A DNA stretch of 64,000 nucleotides from Eledone cirrhosa (taxonomy: Eukaryota): contig OZ024759.1 of NCBI GenBank assembly GCA_964016885.1, forward strand, positions 2,604,001-2,668,000, read 5' to 3'. The notes beneath the pieces were generated by a model. That model was not told where the DNA came from. It made no database searches and was given only the letters and a program-made list of their open reading frames with translations. Positions 25,831 through 40,100 of this stretch are shown here, one piece after another (the stretch's first letter is position 1; every line of letters begins with the position of its first letter). Made by a program: the position numbers and the translations under genes.

Positions 25831-28749
25831 TCCTCACTAGTTGAGGTAACAAAGAGGTTAAAGTTCTGTTTCACCCATGTTTCTTCCTCCTCACTAGTTG
25901 AGGTAACAAAGAGGTTAAAGTTCTGTTTCACCCATATTTCTACCTCCTCACTAGTTGAGGTAACAAAGAGGTTAAAGTTCTGTTTCACCCATGTTTCTAC
26001 CTCCTCACTAGTTGAGGTAACAAAGAGGTTATAGTTCTGTTCCACCCATGTTTCTCCCCCCTCACTAGTTGAGGTAACAAAGAGGTTAAAGTTCAGTTTC
26101 ACCCATGTTTCTCCTTCCTCACTAGTTGAGGTAACAAAGAGGTTAAAGTTCTGTTTCACCCATGTTTCTACCTCCTCACTATTTGAGGTTAGAAAGAGGT
26201 TAAAGTTCTGTTTCACCCATGTTTCTCACTCCTCGCTAGTTGAGGTAACAAAGAGGTTAAAGTTCTGTTTCACCCATGTTTCTCCCCCTCACTAGTTGAG
26301 GTAACAAAGAGGTTAAAGTTCTGTTTCACCCATGTTTCTCCCCCCTCACTAGTTGAGGTAACAAAGAGGTTAAAGTTCAATTTCACCCATGTTTCTCCCT
26401 CCTCACTAGTTGAGGTAACAAAGAGGTTAAAGTTCTGTTTCACCCATGTTTCTCCATCCTCACTAGTAGAGGTAACAAAGAGGTTAAAGTTCTGTTTCAC
26501 CCATGTTATACCTCCTCACTAGTTGAGGTAACAAAGAGCTTAAACTTCTGTTTAACCCACGTTTCTACCTTCCTCACTAGTTGAGGTAACAAAGAGGTTA
26601 AAGTTCTGTTTCACCCATGTTTCTACCTCCTCAATAGTTGAGGTACAAAGAGGTTAAAGTTCTGTTTCACCCATGTTTCTACCTCCTCACTAGTTGAGGT
26701 AACAAAGAGGTTAAAGTTCTGTTTCACCCATGTTTCTTCCTCCTCACTAGTTGAGGTAACAAAGAGGTTAAAGTTCTGTTTCACCCATATTTCTACCTCC
26801 TCACTAGTTGAGGTAACAAAGAGGTTAAAGTTCTGTTTCACCCATGTTTCTCCCTCCTCTCTAGTTGAGGTAACAAAGATGTTAAAGTTCTGTTTCACCC
26901 ATGTTTCTCCTTTCTTACTAGTTGAGGTAACAAAGAGGTTTAAGTTCTGTTTCACCCATGTTTCTCCCTCCTCATTAGTTGAGGTAACAAAGACGTTAAA
27001 GTTCTGTTTCACCCATGTTTCTACCTCCTCACTATTTGAGGTAACAAAGAAGTTAAAGTTCTTTTTCACCCATACTCTACCTCCTCATTATTTGAGGTAA
27101 CAAAGAGGTTAAAGTCCTGTTACACCCATGTTTCTCCCTCCTCACTATTAGAGGTAACAAAGAGGTTAAAGTTCTGTTTCACCCATGTTTCTACCTCCTC
27201 ACTAGTTGAGGTAACAAAGAGGTTAGATTTCTGTTTCACCCATGTTTCTACCTCCTCACTACTTGAGGTAACAAAGAAGTTAAAGTTCTGTTTCACCCAT
27301 GTTTCTCCCTCCTCACTAGTTGAGGTAACAAAGAGGTTAAATTTCTGTTTCACCCATGTTTATACCTCCTCACTAGTTGAGGTAAAAAAGAGGTTAAACT
27401 TCTGTTTAACCCACGTTTCTACCTTCCTCACTAGTTGAGGTAACAAAGAGGTTAATGTTCTGTTTCACCCATGTTTCTACCTCCACAATAGTTGAGGTAC
27501 AAAGAGGTTAAAGTTCTGTTTCACCCATGTTTCTACCTCCTCACTAGTTGAGGTAACAAAGAGGTTAAAGTTCTGTTTCACCCATGTTTCTTCCTCCTCA
27601 CTAGTTGAGGTAACAAAGAGGTTAAAATTCTGTTTCACCCATGTTCCTCCCTCCTCTCTAGTTGAGGTAACAAAGATGTTAAAGTTCTGTTTCACCCATG
27701 TTTCTCCCTCCTCACTAGTTGAGGTAACAAAGAGGTTAAAGTTCTGTTTCACCCATGTTTCTACCTCCTCACTATTTGAGGTAACAAAGAGGTTAAAGTT
27801 CTGTTTCACCCATGTTTCTCCCTCCTCGCTAGTTGAGGTAACAAAGAGGTTAAAGTTTTGTTTCACCTATCTTTCTCCCCCCTCACTAGTTGAGGTAACA
27901 AAGAGGTTATAGTTCTGTTCCACCCATGTTTCTCCCCCCTCACTAGTTGAGGTAACAAAGAGGTTAAAGTTCAGTTTCACCCATGTTTCTCCCTCCTCAC
28001 TAGTTGAGGTAACAAAGAGGTTAAAGTTCTGTTTAACCCATGTTTCTACCTCCTCACTATTTGAGGTTAGAAAGAGGTTAAAGTTCTGTTTCACCCATGT
28101 TTCTCACTCCTCGCTAGTTGAGGTAACAAAGAGGTTAAAGTTCTGTTTCACCCATGTTTCTCCCCCTCACTAGTTGAGGTAACAAAGAGGTTAAAGTTCT
28201 GTTTCACCCATGTTTCTCCCCCCTCACTAGTTGAGGTAACAAAGAGGTTAAAGTTCAGTTTCACCCATGTTTCTCCCTCCTCACTAGTTGAGGTAACAAA
28301 GAGGTTAAAGTTCTGTTTCACCCATGTTTCTCCATCCTCACTAGTTGAGGTAACAAAGAGGTTAAAGTTCTGTTTCACCCATGTTATACCTCCTCACTAG
28401 TTGAGGTAACAAAGAGGTTAAACTTCTGTTTAACCCACGTTTCTACCTTCCTCACTAGTTGAGGTAACAAAGAGGTTAAAGTTCTGTTTCACCCATGTTT
28501 CTACCTCCTCACTAGTTGAGGTAACAAAGAGGTTAAAGTTCTGTTTCACCCATGTTTCTTCCTCCTCACTAGTTGAGGTAACAAAGAGGTTAAAGTTCTG
28601 TTTCACCCATATTTCTACCTCCTCACTAGTTGAGGTAACAAAGAGGTTAAAGTTCTGTTTCACCCATGTTCCTCCCTCCTCTCTAGTTGAGGTAACAAAG
28701 ATGTTAAAGTTCTGTTTCACCCATGTTTCTCCCTCCTCACTAGTTGAGG

Positions 28750-31700
28750 TAACAAAGAGGTTAAAGTTCTGTTTCACCCATGTTTCTACCTCCTCACTAT
28801 TTGAGGTAACAAAGAGGTTAAAGTTCTGTTTCACCCATGTTTCTCCCTCCTCGCATAGTTGAGGTAACAAAGAGGTTAAAGTTTTGTTTCACCCATCTTT
28901 CTCCCCCCTCACTAGTTGAGGTAACAAAGAGGTTATAGTTCTGTTCCACCCATGTTTCTCCACCCTCACTAGTTGAGGTAACAAAGAGGTTAAAGTTCAG
29001 TTTCACCCATGTTTCTCCCTCCTCACTAGTGAGGTAACAAAGAGGTTAAAGTTCTGTTTCACCCATGTTTCTACCTCCTCACTATTTGAGGTAACAAAGA
29101 GGTTAAAGTTCTGTTTCACCCATGTTTCTCCCTCCTCGCTAGTTGAGGTAACAAAGAGGTTAAAGTTCTGTTTCACCCATGTTTCTCCCCCCTCACTAGT
29201 TGAGGTAACAATGAGGTTAAAGTTCTGTTTCACCCATGTTTCTCCCTCCTCACTAGTTGAGGTAACAAAGAGGTTAAAGTTCTGTTTCACCCATGTTTCT
29301 CCCTCCTCATTAGTTTAGGTAACAAAGAGGTTGAAGTTCTGTTTCACCCATGTTTCTACCTCCTTACTAGTTGAGGTAACAAAGAGGTTAAAGTTCTGTT
29401 TCACCCATGTTTCTCCCTCCTCATTAGTTGAGGTAGCAAAGAGGTTAAAATTCTGTTTCACCCATGTTTCTACCTCCTCACTATTTGAGGTAACAAAGAA
29501 GTTAAAGTTCTGTTTCACCCATACTCTACCTCCTCATTATTTGAGGTAACAAAGAGGTTAAAGTTCTGTTACACCCATGTTTCTCCCTCCTCACTATTAG
29601 AGGTAACAAAGAGGTTAAAGTTCTGTTTCACCCATGTTTCTACCTCCTCACTAGTTGAGGTAACAAAGAGGTTAGATTTCTGTTTCACCCATGTTTCTAC
29701 CTCCTCACTACTTGAGGTAACAAAGAAGTTAAAGTTCTGTTTCACCCATGTTTCTCGCTCCTCACTAGTTGAGGTAACAAAGAGGTTAGAGTTCTGTTTC
29801 ACCCATGTTTCTACCTCCTCACTATTTGAGGTAACAAAGAGGTTAAAGTTCTGTTTCACCCATGTTTCTACCTCCTCACTAGTTGAGGTAACAAAGAGGT
29901 TAAAGTTCTGTTTCACCCATGTTTCTCCCTCCTCGCTAGTTGAGGTAACAAAGAGGTTAAAGTTCTGTTTCACCCATCTTTCTCCCCCTCACTCGTTGAG
30001 GTAACAAAGAGGTTAAAGTTCTGTTTCACCCATGTTTCTCCCCCCTCACTACTTGAGGTAACAAAGAGGTTAAAGTTCTGTTTCACCCATGTTTCTCCCT
30101 CCTCTCTAGTGGAGGTAACAAAGAGGTTGAAGTTCTGTTTCACCCATGTTTCTCCTTTCTTACTAGTTGAGGTAACAAAGAGGTTAAAGTTCTGTTACAC
30201 CCATGTTTCTCCCTCCTCACTATTAGAGGTAACAAAGAGGTTAGATTTCTGTTTCACCCATATTTCTACCTCCTCACTAGTTGAGGTAACAAAGAGGTTA
30301 AAGTTCTGTTTCACCCATGTTTCTACCTCCTCACTATTTGAGGTAACAAAGAGGTTAAAGTTCTGTTTCACCCATGTTTCTCCCTCCTCGCATAGTTGAG
30401 GTAACAAAGAGGTTAAAGTTTTGTTTCACCCATCTTTCTCCCCCCTCACTAGTTGAGGTAACAAAGAGGTTATAGTTCTGTTCCACCCATGTTTCTCCAC
30501 CCTCACTAGTTGAGGTAACAAAGAGGTTAAAGTTCAGTTTCACCCATGTTTCTCCCTCCTCACTAGTGAGGTAACAAAGAGGTTAAAGTTCTGTTTCACC
30601 CATGTTTCTACCTCCTCACTATTTGAGGTAACAAAGAGGTTAAAGTTCTGTTTCACCCATGTTTCTCCCTCCTCGCTAGTTGAGGTAACAAAGAGGTTAA
30701 AGTTCTGTTTCACCCATGTTTCTCCCCCCTCACTAGTTGAGGTAACAATGAGGTTAAAGTTCTGTTTCACCCATGTTTCTCCCTCCTCACTAGTTGAGGT
30801 AACAAAGAGGTTAAAGTTCTGTTTCACCCATGTTTCTCCCTCCTCATTAGTTTAGGTAACAAAGAGGTTGAAGTTCTGTTTCACCCATGTTTCTACCTCC
30901 TTACTAGTTGAGGTAACAAAGAGGTTAAAGTTCTGTTTCACCCATGTTTCTCCCTCCTCATTAGTTGAGGTAGCAAAGAGGTTAAAATTCTGTTTCACCC
31001 ATGTTTCTACCTCCTCACTATTTGAGGTAACAAAGAAGTTAAAGTTCTGTTTCACCCATACTCTACCTCCTCATTATTTGAGGTAACAAAGAGGTTAAAG
31101 TTCTGTTACACCCATGTTTGTCCCTCCTCACTATTAGAGGTAACAAAGAGGTTAAAGTTCTGTTTCACCCATGTTTCTACCTCCTCACTAGTTGAGGTAA
31201 CAAAGAGGTTAGATTTCTGTTTCACCCATGTTTCTACCTCCTCACTACTTGAGGTAACAAAGAAGTTAAAGTTCTGTTTCACCCATGTTTCTCGCTCCTC
31301 ACTAGTTGAGGTAACAAAGAGGTTAGAGTTCTGTTTCACCCATGTTTCTACCTCCTCACTATTTGAGGTAACAAAGAGGTTAAAGTTCTGTTTCACCCAT
31401 GTTTCTACCTCCTCACTAGTTGAGGTAACAAAGAGGTTAAATTTCTGTTTCACCCATGTTTCTCCCTCCTCGCTAGTTGAGGTAACAAAGAGGTTAAAGT
31501 TCTGTTTCACCCATCTTTCTCCCCCTCACTCGTTGAGGTAACAAAGAGGTTAAAGTTCTGTTTCACCCATGTTTCTCCCCCCTCACTACTTGAGGTAACA
31601 AAGAGGTTAAAGTTCTGTTTCACCCATGTTTCTCCCTCCTCTCTAGTGGAGGTAACAAAGAGGTTGAAGTTCTGTTTCACCCATGTTTCTCCTTTCTTAC

Positions 31701-31800
31701 TAGTTGAGGTAACAAAGAGGTTAAAGTTCTGTTACACCCATGTTTCTCCCTCCTCACTATTAGAGGTAACAAAGAGGTTAGATTTCTGTTTCACCCATGT
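28750..31800. repeat. Tandem duplication, period 1537 bp (27 monomers), about 2 copies
   Basis: ORF pairs offset by 1537: 28818/30355, 29003/30540, 29315/30852, 29569/31106, 30109/31646. The private variants TCGCATAGTT and GAGGTAGCAAAG occur in both copies. Confidence 0.93.
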
Positions 31801-34800
31801 TTCTACCTCCTCACTAGTTGAGGTAACATAGAGGTTAGAGTTCTGTTTCACGCATGTTTCTACCTCCTCACTATTTGAGGTAACAAAGATGTTAAAGTTC
31901 TGTTTCACCCATGTTTCTACCTCCTGACAACTGAGGTAACAAAGAGGTTAAAGTTCTGTTTCACCCATGTTTCTCCCTCCTCGCGAGTTGAGGTAACAAA
32001 GAGGTTAAAGTTCTGTTTCACCCATCTTTCTCCCCTTCACTAGTTGAGGTAACAAAGAGGTTAAAGTTCTGTTTCACCCATGTTTCTCCCCCCTCACTAG
32101 TTGAGGTAACAAAGAGGTTAGATTTCTGTTTCACCCATGTTTCTACCTCCTCATTAGTTGAGGTAACAAAGAGGTTAAAGTTCTGTTTCACCCATGTTTC
32201 TCCCTCCTCGCGAGTTGAGGTAACAAAGAGGTTAAAGTTCTGTTTCACCCATCTTTCTCCCCTTCACTAGTTGAGGTAACAAAGAGGTTAAAGTTCTGTT
32301 TCACCCATGTTTCTCCCCCCTCACTAGTTGAGGTAACAAAGAGGTTAAAGGTCTGTTTCACCCATCTTTCTCCCCCTCACTAGTTGAGGTAACAAAGAGG
32401 TTAAAGTTCTGTTTCACCCATGTTTCTCCCCCCTCACTACTTGAGGTAACAAAGAGGTTAAAGTTCTGTTTCACCCATGTTTCTCCCCCCTCATTAGTTG
32501 AGGTAACAAAGAGGTTAAAGTTCTGTTTCACCCATGTTTCTCCCTCCTCTCTAGTGGAGGTAACAAAGAGGTTGAAGTTCTGTTTCACCCATGTTTCTCC
32601 TTTCTTACTAGTTGAGGTAACAAAGAGGTTTAAGTTCTGTTTCACCCATGTTTCTCCCTCCTCATTTGTTGAGGTAACAAAGAGGTTAAAGTTCTGTTTC
32701 ACCCATGTTTCTACCTCCTCACTATTTGAGGTAACAAAGAAGTTAAAGTTCTGTTTCACCCATTATCTACCTCCTCATTATTTGAGGTAACAAAGAGGTT
32801 AAAGTTCTGTTACACCCACGTTTCTCCCTCCTCACTATTAGAGGTAACAAAGAGGTTAAAGTTCTGTTTCACCCATGTTTCTACCTCCTCACTACTTGAG
32901 GTAACAAAGAAGTTAAAGTTCTGTTTCACCCATGTTTCTCCATCCTCACTAGTTGAGGTAACAAAGAGGTTAAATTTCTGTTTCACCCATGTTTATACCT
33001 CCTCACTAGTTGAGGTAACAAAGAGGTTAAACTTCTGTTTAACCCACGTTTCTACCTTCCTCACTAGTTGAGGTAACAAAGAGGTTAAAGTTCTGTTTCA
33101 CCCAGGTTTCTATCTCCTCAATAGTTGAGGTACAAAGAGGTTAAAGTTCTGTTTCACCCATGTTTCTACCTCCTCACTAGTTGAGGTAACAAAGAGGTTA
33201 AAGTTCTGTTTCACCCATGTTTCTTCCTCCTCACTAGTTGAGGTAACAAAGAGGTTAAAGTTCTGTTTCACCCATATTTCTACCTCCTCACTAGTTGAGG
33301 TAACAAAGAGGTTAAAGTTCTGTTTCACCCATGTTTCTCCCTCCTCACTAGTTGAGGTAACAAAGAGGTTAAAGTTCTGTTTCACCCATGTTTCTACCTC
33401 CTCACTATTTGAGGTAACAAAGAGGTTAAAGTTCTGTTTCACCCATGTTTCTACCTCCTCGCTAGTTGAGGTAACAAAGAGGTTAAAGTTCTGTTTCACC
33501 CATCTTTCTCCCCCCTCACTAGTTGAGGTAACAAAGAGGTTATAGTTCTGTTCCACCCATGTTTCTCCCCCCTCACTAGTTGAGGTAACAAAGAGGTTAA
33601 AGTTCAGTTTCACCCATCTTTCTCCCCCTCACTCGTTGAGGTAACAAAGAGGTTAAAGTTCTGTTTCACCCATGTTTCTCCCTCCTCACTAGTTGAGGTA
33701 ACAAAGAGGTTAAAGTTCTGTTTCACCCATGTTTCTCCCTCCTCACTAGTTGAGGTAACAAAGAGGTTAAAGTTCTGTTTCACCCATGTTTCTCCCTCCT
33801 CACTAGTTGAGGTAACAAAGAGGTTAAAGTTCTGTTTCACCCATGTTTCTACCTCCTCACTATTTGAGGTAACAAAGAAGTTAAAGTTCTGTTTCACTCA
33901 TACTCTACCTCCTCATTATTTGAGGTAACAAAGAGGTTAAAGTTCTGTTACACCCATGTTGCCCCCTCCTCACTATTAGAGGTAACATAGAGGTTAAAGT
34001 TCTGTTTCACCCATGTTTCTACCTCCTCACTAGTTGAGGTAACAAAGAGGTTAGATTTCTGTTACACCCATGTTTCTACCTCCTCACTACTTGAGGTAAC
34101 AAAGAAGTTAAAGTTATGTTTCTCCCATGTTTCTCCCTCCTCACTAGTTGAGGTAACAAAGAGGTTAGAGTTCTGTTTCACCAATGTTTCTACCTCCTCA
34201 CTATTTGAGGTAACAAAGAGGTTAAAGTTCTGTTTCACCCATGTTTCTACCTCCTCACTAGTTGAGGTAACAAAGAGGTTAAAGTTCTGTTTCACCCATG
34301 TTTCTCCCTCCTCACTAGTTGAGGTAACAAAAAGGTTAAAGTTCTGTTTCATCCATGTTTCTCCCTCCTCACTAGTTGAGGTAACAAAGACGTTAAAGTT
34401 CTGTTTCACCCATGTTTCTCCTTTCTTACTAGTTGAGGTAACAAAGAGGTTAAAGTTCTGTTACACCCATGTTTCTCCCTCCTCACTATTAGAGGTAACA
34501 ATGAGGTTAAAGTTCTGTTTCACCCATGTTTCTACCTCCTCACTAGTTGAGGTAACAAAGAGGTTAGATTTCTGTTTCACCCATGTTTCTACCTCCTCAC
34601 TACTTGAGGTAACAAAGAAGTTAAAGTTCTGTTTCACCCATGTTTCTCCCTCCTCACTAGTTGAGGTAACAAAGAGGTTAGAGTTCTGTTTCACCCATGT
34701 TTCTACCTCCTCACTATTTGAGGTAACAAAGAGGTTAAAGTTCTGTTTCACCCATGTTTCTACCTCCTCACTAGTTGAGGTAACAAAGAGGTTAAAGTTC

Positions 34801-35189
34801 TGTTTGACCCATGTTTCTCCCTCCTCGCTAGTTGAGGTAACAAAGAGGTTAAAGTTCTGTTTCACCCATCTTTCTCCCCCTCAGTAGTTGAGGTAACAAA
34901 GAGGTTAAAGTTCTGTTTCACCCATGTTTCTCCCCCCTCACTACTTGAGGTAACAAAGAGGTTAAAGTTCTGTTTCACCCATGTTTCTCCCTCCTCACTA
35001 GTTGAGGTAACAAAAAGGTTAAAGTTCTGTTTCACCCATGTTTCTCCCCCCCTCATTAGTTGAGGTAACAAAGAGGTTAAAGTTCTGTTTCACCCATGTT
35101 TCTACTTTCTCACTATTTGAGGTTAGAAAGAGGTTAAAGTTCTATTTCACCCATGTTTCTACCTCCTCACAGGTTGAGGTAACAAAGAG

Positions 35190-37140
35190 GTTAAAGTTCT
35201 GTTTCCCCCATGTTTCTACCTCCTCACTATTTGAGGTAACGAAGAGCTTAAAGTTCTGTTTCACCCATATTTCTCCCCCTCACTACTTGAGGTAACAAAG
35301 AGGTTAAAGTTCAGTTTCACCCATGTTTCTCCCTCCTCACTAGTTGAGGTAACAAAGACGTTAAAGTTCTGTTTCACCCATGTTTCTACCTCCTCACTAT
35401 TTGAGGTAACAAAGAGGTTAAAGTTCTGTTTCACCCATGTTTCTCCCTCCTCGCTAGTTGAGGTAACAAAGAGGTTAAAGTTCTGTTTCACCCATGTTTC
35501 TCCCCCCTCACTAGTTGAGGTAACAAAGAGGTTAAAGTTCTGTTTCACCCATGTTTCTCCCTCCTCACTAGTTGAGGTAACAAAAAGGTTAAAGTTCTGT
35601 TTCACCCATGTTTCTCCCTCCTCACTAGTTGAGGTAACAAATAGGTTAAAGTTCTGTTTCACCCATGTTTCTCCCCCCTCATTAGTTGAGGTAACAAAGA
35701 GGTTAAAGTTCTGTTTCACCCATGTTTCTCCCTCCTCTCTAGTGGAGGTAACAAAGAGGTTGAAGTTCTGATTCACCCATGTCTCTCCTTTCTTACTAGT
35801 TGAGGTAACAAAGAGGTTAAAGTTCTGTTTCACCCATGTTTCTCCCTCCTCACTAGTTGAGGTAACAAAGACGTTAATGTTCTATTTCACCCATGTTTCT
35901 CGCCCCTCACTAGTTAAGGTAACAAAGAGGTTAAAGTTCTGTTTGACCCATGTTTCTACCTTCTCACTATTTGAAGTTACAAAGAGGTTAAAGTTCATGT
36001 TTCACCCATGTTTCTCCCTCTTCACTAATTGAGGTAACAAAGAGGTTAAAGTTCTGTTTCACCCATGTTCCTCCCTCCTCACTAGTTGAGGTAACAAAGA
36101 GGTTAAAGTTCTGTTTCACCCATGTTTCTCCCTCCTCACTAGTTGAGGTAACAAAGAGGTTAAAATTCTGTTTCCCCCATGTTTCTACCTCCTCACTATT
36201 TGAGGTAACGAAGAGCTTAAAGTTCTGTTTCACCCATGTTTCTCCCCCTCACTACTTGAGGTAACAAAGAGGTTAAAGTTCAGTTTCACCCATGTTTCTC
36301 CCTCCTCACTAGTTGAGGTAACAAAGACGTTAAAGTTCTGTTTCACCCATGTTTCTACCTCCTCACTATTTGAGGTAACAAAGAGGTTAAAGTTCTGTTT
36401 CACCCATGTTTCTCCCTCCTCGCTAGTTGAGGTAACAAAGAGGTTAAAGTTCTGTTTCACCCATGTTTCTCCCCCCTCACTAGTTGAGGTAACAAAGAGG
36501 TTAAAGTTCTGTTTCACCCATGTTTCTCCCTCCTCACTAGTTGAGGTAACAAAAAGGTTAAAGTTCTGTTTCACCCATGTTTCTCCCTCCTCACTAGTTG
36601 AGGTAACAAATAGGTTAAAGTTCTGTTTCACCCATGTTTCTCCCCCCTCATTAGTTGAGGTAACAAAGAGGTTAAAGTTCTGTTTCACCCATGTTTCTCC
36701 CTCCTCTCTAGTGGAGGTAACAAAGAGGTTGAAGTTCTGATTCACCCATGTCTCTCCTTTCTTACTATTTGAGGTAACAAAGAGGTTAAAGTTCTGTTTC
36801 ACCCATGTTTCTCCCTCCTCACTAGTTGAGGTAACAAAGACGTTAATGTTCTATTTCACCCATGTTTCTCGCCCCTCACTAGTTAAGGTAACAAAGAGGT
36901 TAAAGTTCTGTTTGACCCATGTTTCTACCTTCTCACTATTTGAAGTTACAAAGAGGTTAAAGTTCATGTTTCACCCATGTTTCTCCCTCTTCACTAATTG
37001 AGGTAACAAAGAGGTTAAAGTTCTGTTTCACCCATGTTCCTCCCTCCTCACTAGTTGAGGTAACAAAGAGGTTAAAGTTCTGTTTCACCCATGTTTCTCC
37101 CTCCTCACTAGTTGAGGTAACAAAGAGGTTAAAATTCTGT
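35190..37140. repeat. Tandem duplication, period 969 bp (17 monomers), 2 copies
   Basis: ORF pairs 35261/36230 and 35988/36957 are offset by 969. The private variants CATGTCTCTCC and AAGTTCATGTTTC occur in both copies. Confidence 0.92.
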
Positions 37141-40100
37141 TTCACCCATGTTTCTACCTCCTCACTAGTTGAGGTAACAAAGAGGTTAAAATTCTGTTTC
37201 ATCCATGTTTCTCCCTCCTCACTCGTTGGGGTAACAAAGAGGTTAAAGTTCTGTTTCACCCATGTTTCTCCCTCCTCACTAGTTGAGGTAACAAAGAGGT
37301 TAAAGTTCTGTTTCACACAGCTTTCTACCTCCTCACTATTTGAGGTAACAAAGAGGTTAAAGTTCTGTTTCACCCATGTTTCTACCTCCTGACAACTGAG
37401 GTAACAAAGAGGTTAAAGTTCTGTTTCACCCATGTTTCTACCTCCTCACTAGTTGAGGTAACAAAGAGGTTAAAGTTCTGTTTCACCCATGTTTCTCCCT
37501 CCTCACTAGTTGAGGTAACAAAGAGGTTTAAGTTCTGTTTCACCCATGTTTCTCTCTCCTGACTACTTGAGTTAACAAAGAGGTTAATGTTCTGTTTCAC
37601 CCATGTTTCTACCACCTCACTAGTTGAGGTAACAAAGAGGTTAAAGTTCTGTTTCACCCATGTTTCTACCTCCTCACTAGGTGAGGTAACAAAGAGGTTA
37701 AAGTTCTGTTTCACCCATGTTTCTACTTTCTCACTATTTGAGGTTAGAAAGAGGTTAAAGTTCAGTTTCACCCATGTTTCTCCCTCCTCACTAGTTGAGG
37801 TAACAAAGAGGTTAAAGTTCTGTTTCACCCATGTTTCTACCTCCTGACAACTGAGGCAACAAAGAGGTTAAAGTTCTATTTCACCCATGTTTCTACATCC
37901 TCACAGGTTGAGGTAACAAAGAGGTTAAAGTTCTGTTTCCCCCATGTTTCTACCTCCTCACTATTTGAGGTAACGAAGAGCTTAAAGTTCTGTTTCACCC
38001 ATGTTTCTTCCCACTCACTAGTTGAGGTAACAAAGAGGTTAAAGTTCTGTTTCACCCATGTTTCTCCCTCCTCACTAGTTGAGGTAATAAAGAGGTTAAA
38101 GTTCTGTTTCACCCATGTTTCTCCCTCCTTACTAGTTGAGGTAACAAAGAGGTGAAAGTTCTGTTTCACCCATGTTTCTACCTCCTCACTAGTTGAGGTA
38201 ACAAAGAGGTTAAAGTTCTGTTTCACCCATGTTTCTCCCTCCTCACTAGTTGAGGTAACAAAGAGGTTAAAGTTCTGTTTCCCCCATGTTTCTACCTCCT
38301 CACTATTTGAGGTAACAAAGAGGTTGAAGTTCTGTTTCACCCATGTTTCTCCCTCCTCACTAGTTGAAGTAACAAAGAGGTTAAAGTTCTGTTTCACCCA
38401 TGTTTCTCCCTCCTTACTAGTTGAGGTAACAAAGAGGTTAAAGTTCTGTTTCACCCATGTTTCTCCCTCCTCACTAGTTGAGGTAACAAACACGTTAAAG
38501 TTCTGTTTCACCCATGTTTCTCCCCCCTCACTAGTTGAGGTAACAAAGAGGTTAAAGTTCTGTTTAACCCATGTTTGTCCCCCCTCATTAGTTGAGGTAA
38601 CAAAGAGGTTAAAGTTCTGTTTCACCCATGTTTCTCCCTCCTCTCTAGTGGAGGTAACAAAGAGGTTGAAGTTCTGTTTCACCCATGTTTCTCCTTTCTT
38701 ACTAGTTGAGGTAACAAAGAGGTTAAAGTTCTGTTTCACCCATGTTTCTCCCTCCTCACTAGTTGAGGTAACAAAGAGGTTAAAGTTCTGTTTCACCCAT
38801 GTTTCTACCTTCTCACTATTTGAAGTTACAAAGAGGTTAAAGTTCTGTTTCACCCATGTTTCTACTTTCTCACTATTTGAGGTTAGAAAGAGGTTAAAGT
38901 TCTATTTCACCCATGTTTCTACCTCCTCACAGGTTGAGGTAACAAAGAGGTTAAAGTTCTGTTTCCCCCATGTTTTTACCTCCTCACTATTTGAGGTAAC
39001 GAAGAGCTTAAAGTTCTGTTTCACCCATGTTTCTCCCCCTCACTACTTGAGGTAACAAAGAGGTTAAAGTTCAGTTTCACCCATGTTTCTCCCTCCTCAC
39101 TAGTTGAGGTAACAAAGACGTTAAAGTTCTGTTTCACCCATGTTTCTACCTCCTCACTATTTGAGGTAACAAAGAGGTTAAAGTTCTGTTTCACCCATGT
39201 TTTTCCCCCCTCACTAGTTGAGGTAACAAAGAGGTTAAAGTTCTGTTTCACCCATGTTTCTCCCCCCTCACTAGTTGAGGTAACAAAGAGGTTAAAGTTC
39301 TGTTTCACCCATGTTTCTCCCTCCTCACTAGTTGAGGTAACAAAAAGGTTAAAGTTCTGTTTCACCCATGTTTCTCCCTCCTCACTAGTTGAGGTAACAA
39401 ATAGGTTAAAGTTCTGTTTCACCCATGTTTCTCCCCCCTCATTAGTTGAGGTAACAAAGAGGTTAAAGTTCTGTTTCACGCATGTTTCTCCCTCCTCTCT
39501 AGTGGAGGTAACAAAGAGGTTGAAGTTCTGTTTCACCCATGTTTCTCCTTTCTTACTAGTTGAGGTAACAAAGAGGTTAAAGTTCTGTTTCACCCATGTT
39601 TCTCCCTCCTCACTAGTTGAGGTAACAAAGACGTTAAAGTTCTGTTTCACCCATGTTTCTCCCCCCTCACTAGTTGAGGTAACAAAGAGGTTAAAGTTCT
39701 GTTTGACCCATGTTTTTACCTTCTCACTATTTGAAGTTACAAAGAGGTTAAAGTTCTGTTTCACCCATGTTTCTCCCTCTTCACTAATTGAGGTAACAAA
39801 GAGGTTAAAGTTCTGTTTCACCCATGTTCCTCCCTCCTCACTAGTTGAGGTAACAAAGAGGTTAAAGTTCTGTTTCACCCATGTTTCTCCCTCCTCACTA
39901 GTTGAGGTAACAAAGAGGTTAAAATTCTGTTTCACCCATGTTTCTACCTCCTCACTAGTTGAGGTAACAAAGAGGTTAAAATTCTGTTTCACCCATGTTT
40001 CTCCCTCCTCACTCGTTGGGGTAACAAAGAGGTTAAAGTTCTGTTTCACACAGCTTTCTACCTCCTCACTATTTGAGGTAACAAAGAGGTTAAAGTTCTG

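Larger units (their letters stand above)
18100..35050. repeat. Sub-domain B of the satellite
   Basis: Diagnostic variants are the 56-bp CCCATACTCTACC (e.g. 20581), CTGTTACACCCATG, GGTTAGATTTCTG and GAGGTACAAAG. They are absent from A and largely absent after 35 kb. Boundaries are approximate. Confidence 0.8.

Noticed and set aside
24700-37140. Compensating +1/-1 indels (627- and 969-bp units are exact multiples of 57) as evidence of selection on frame or length
   Set aside because: Other units carry net -4, -2 or +1 shifts, so there is no consistent compensation.
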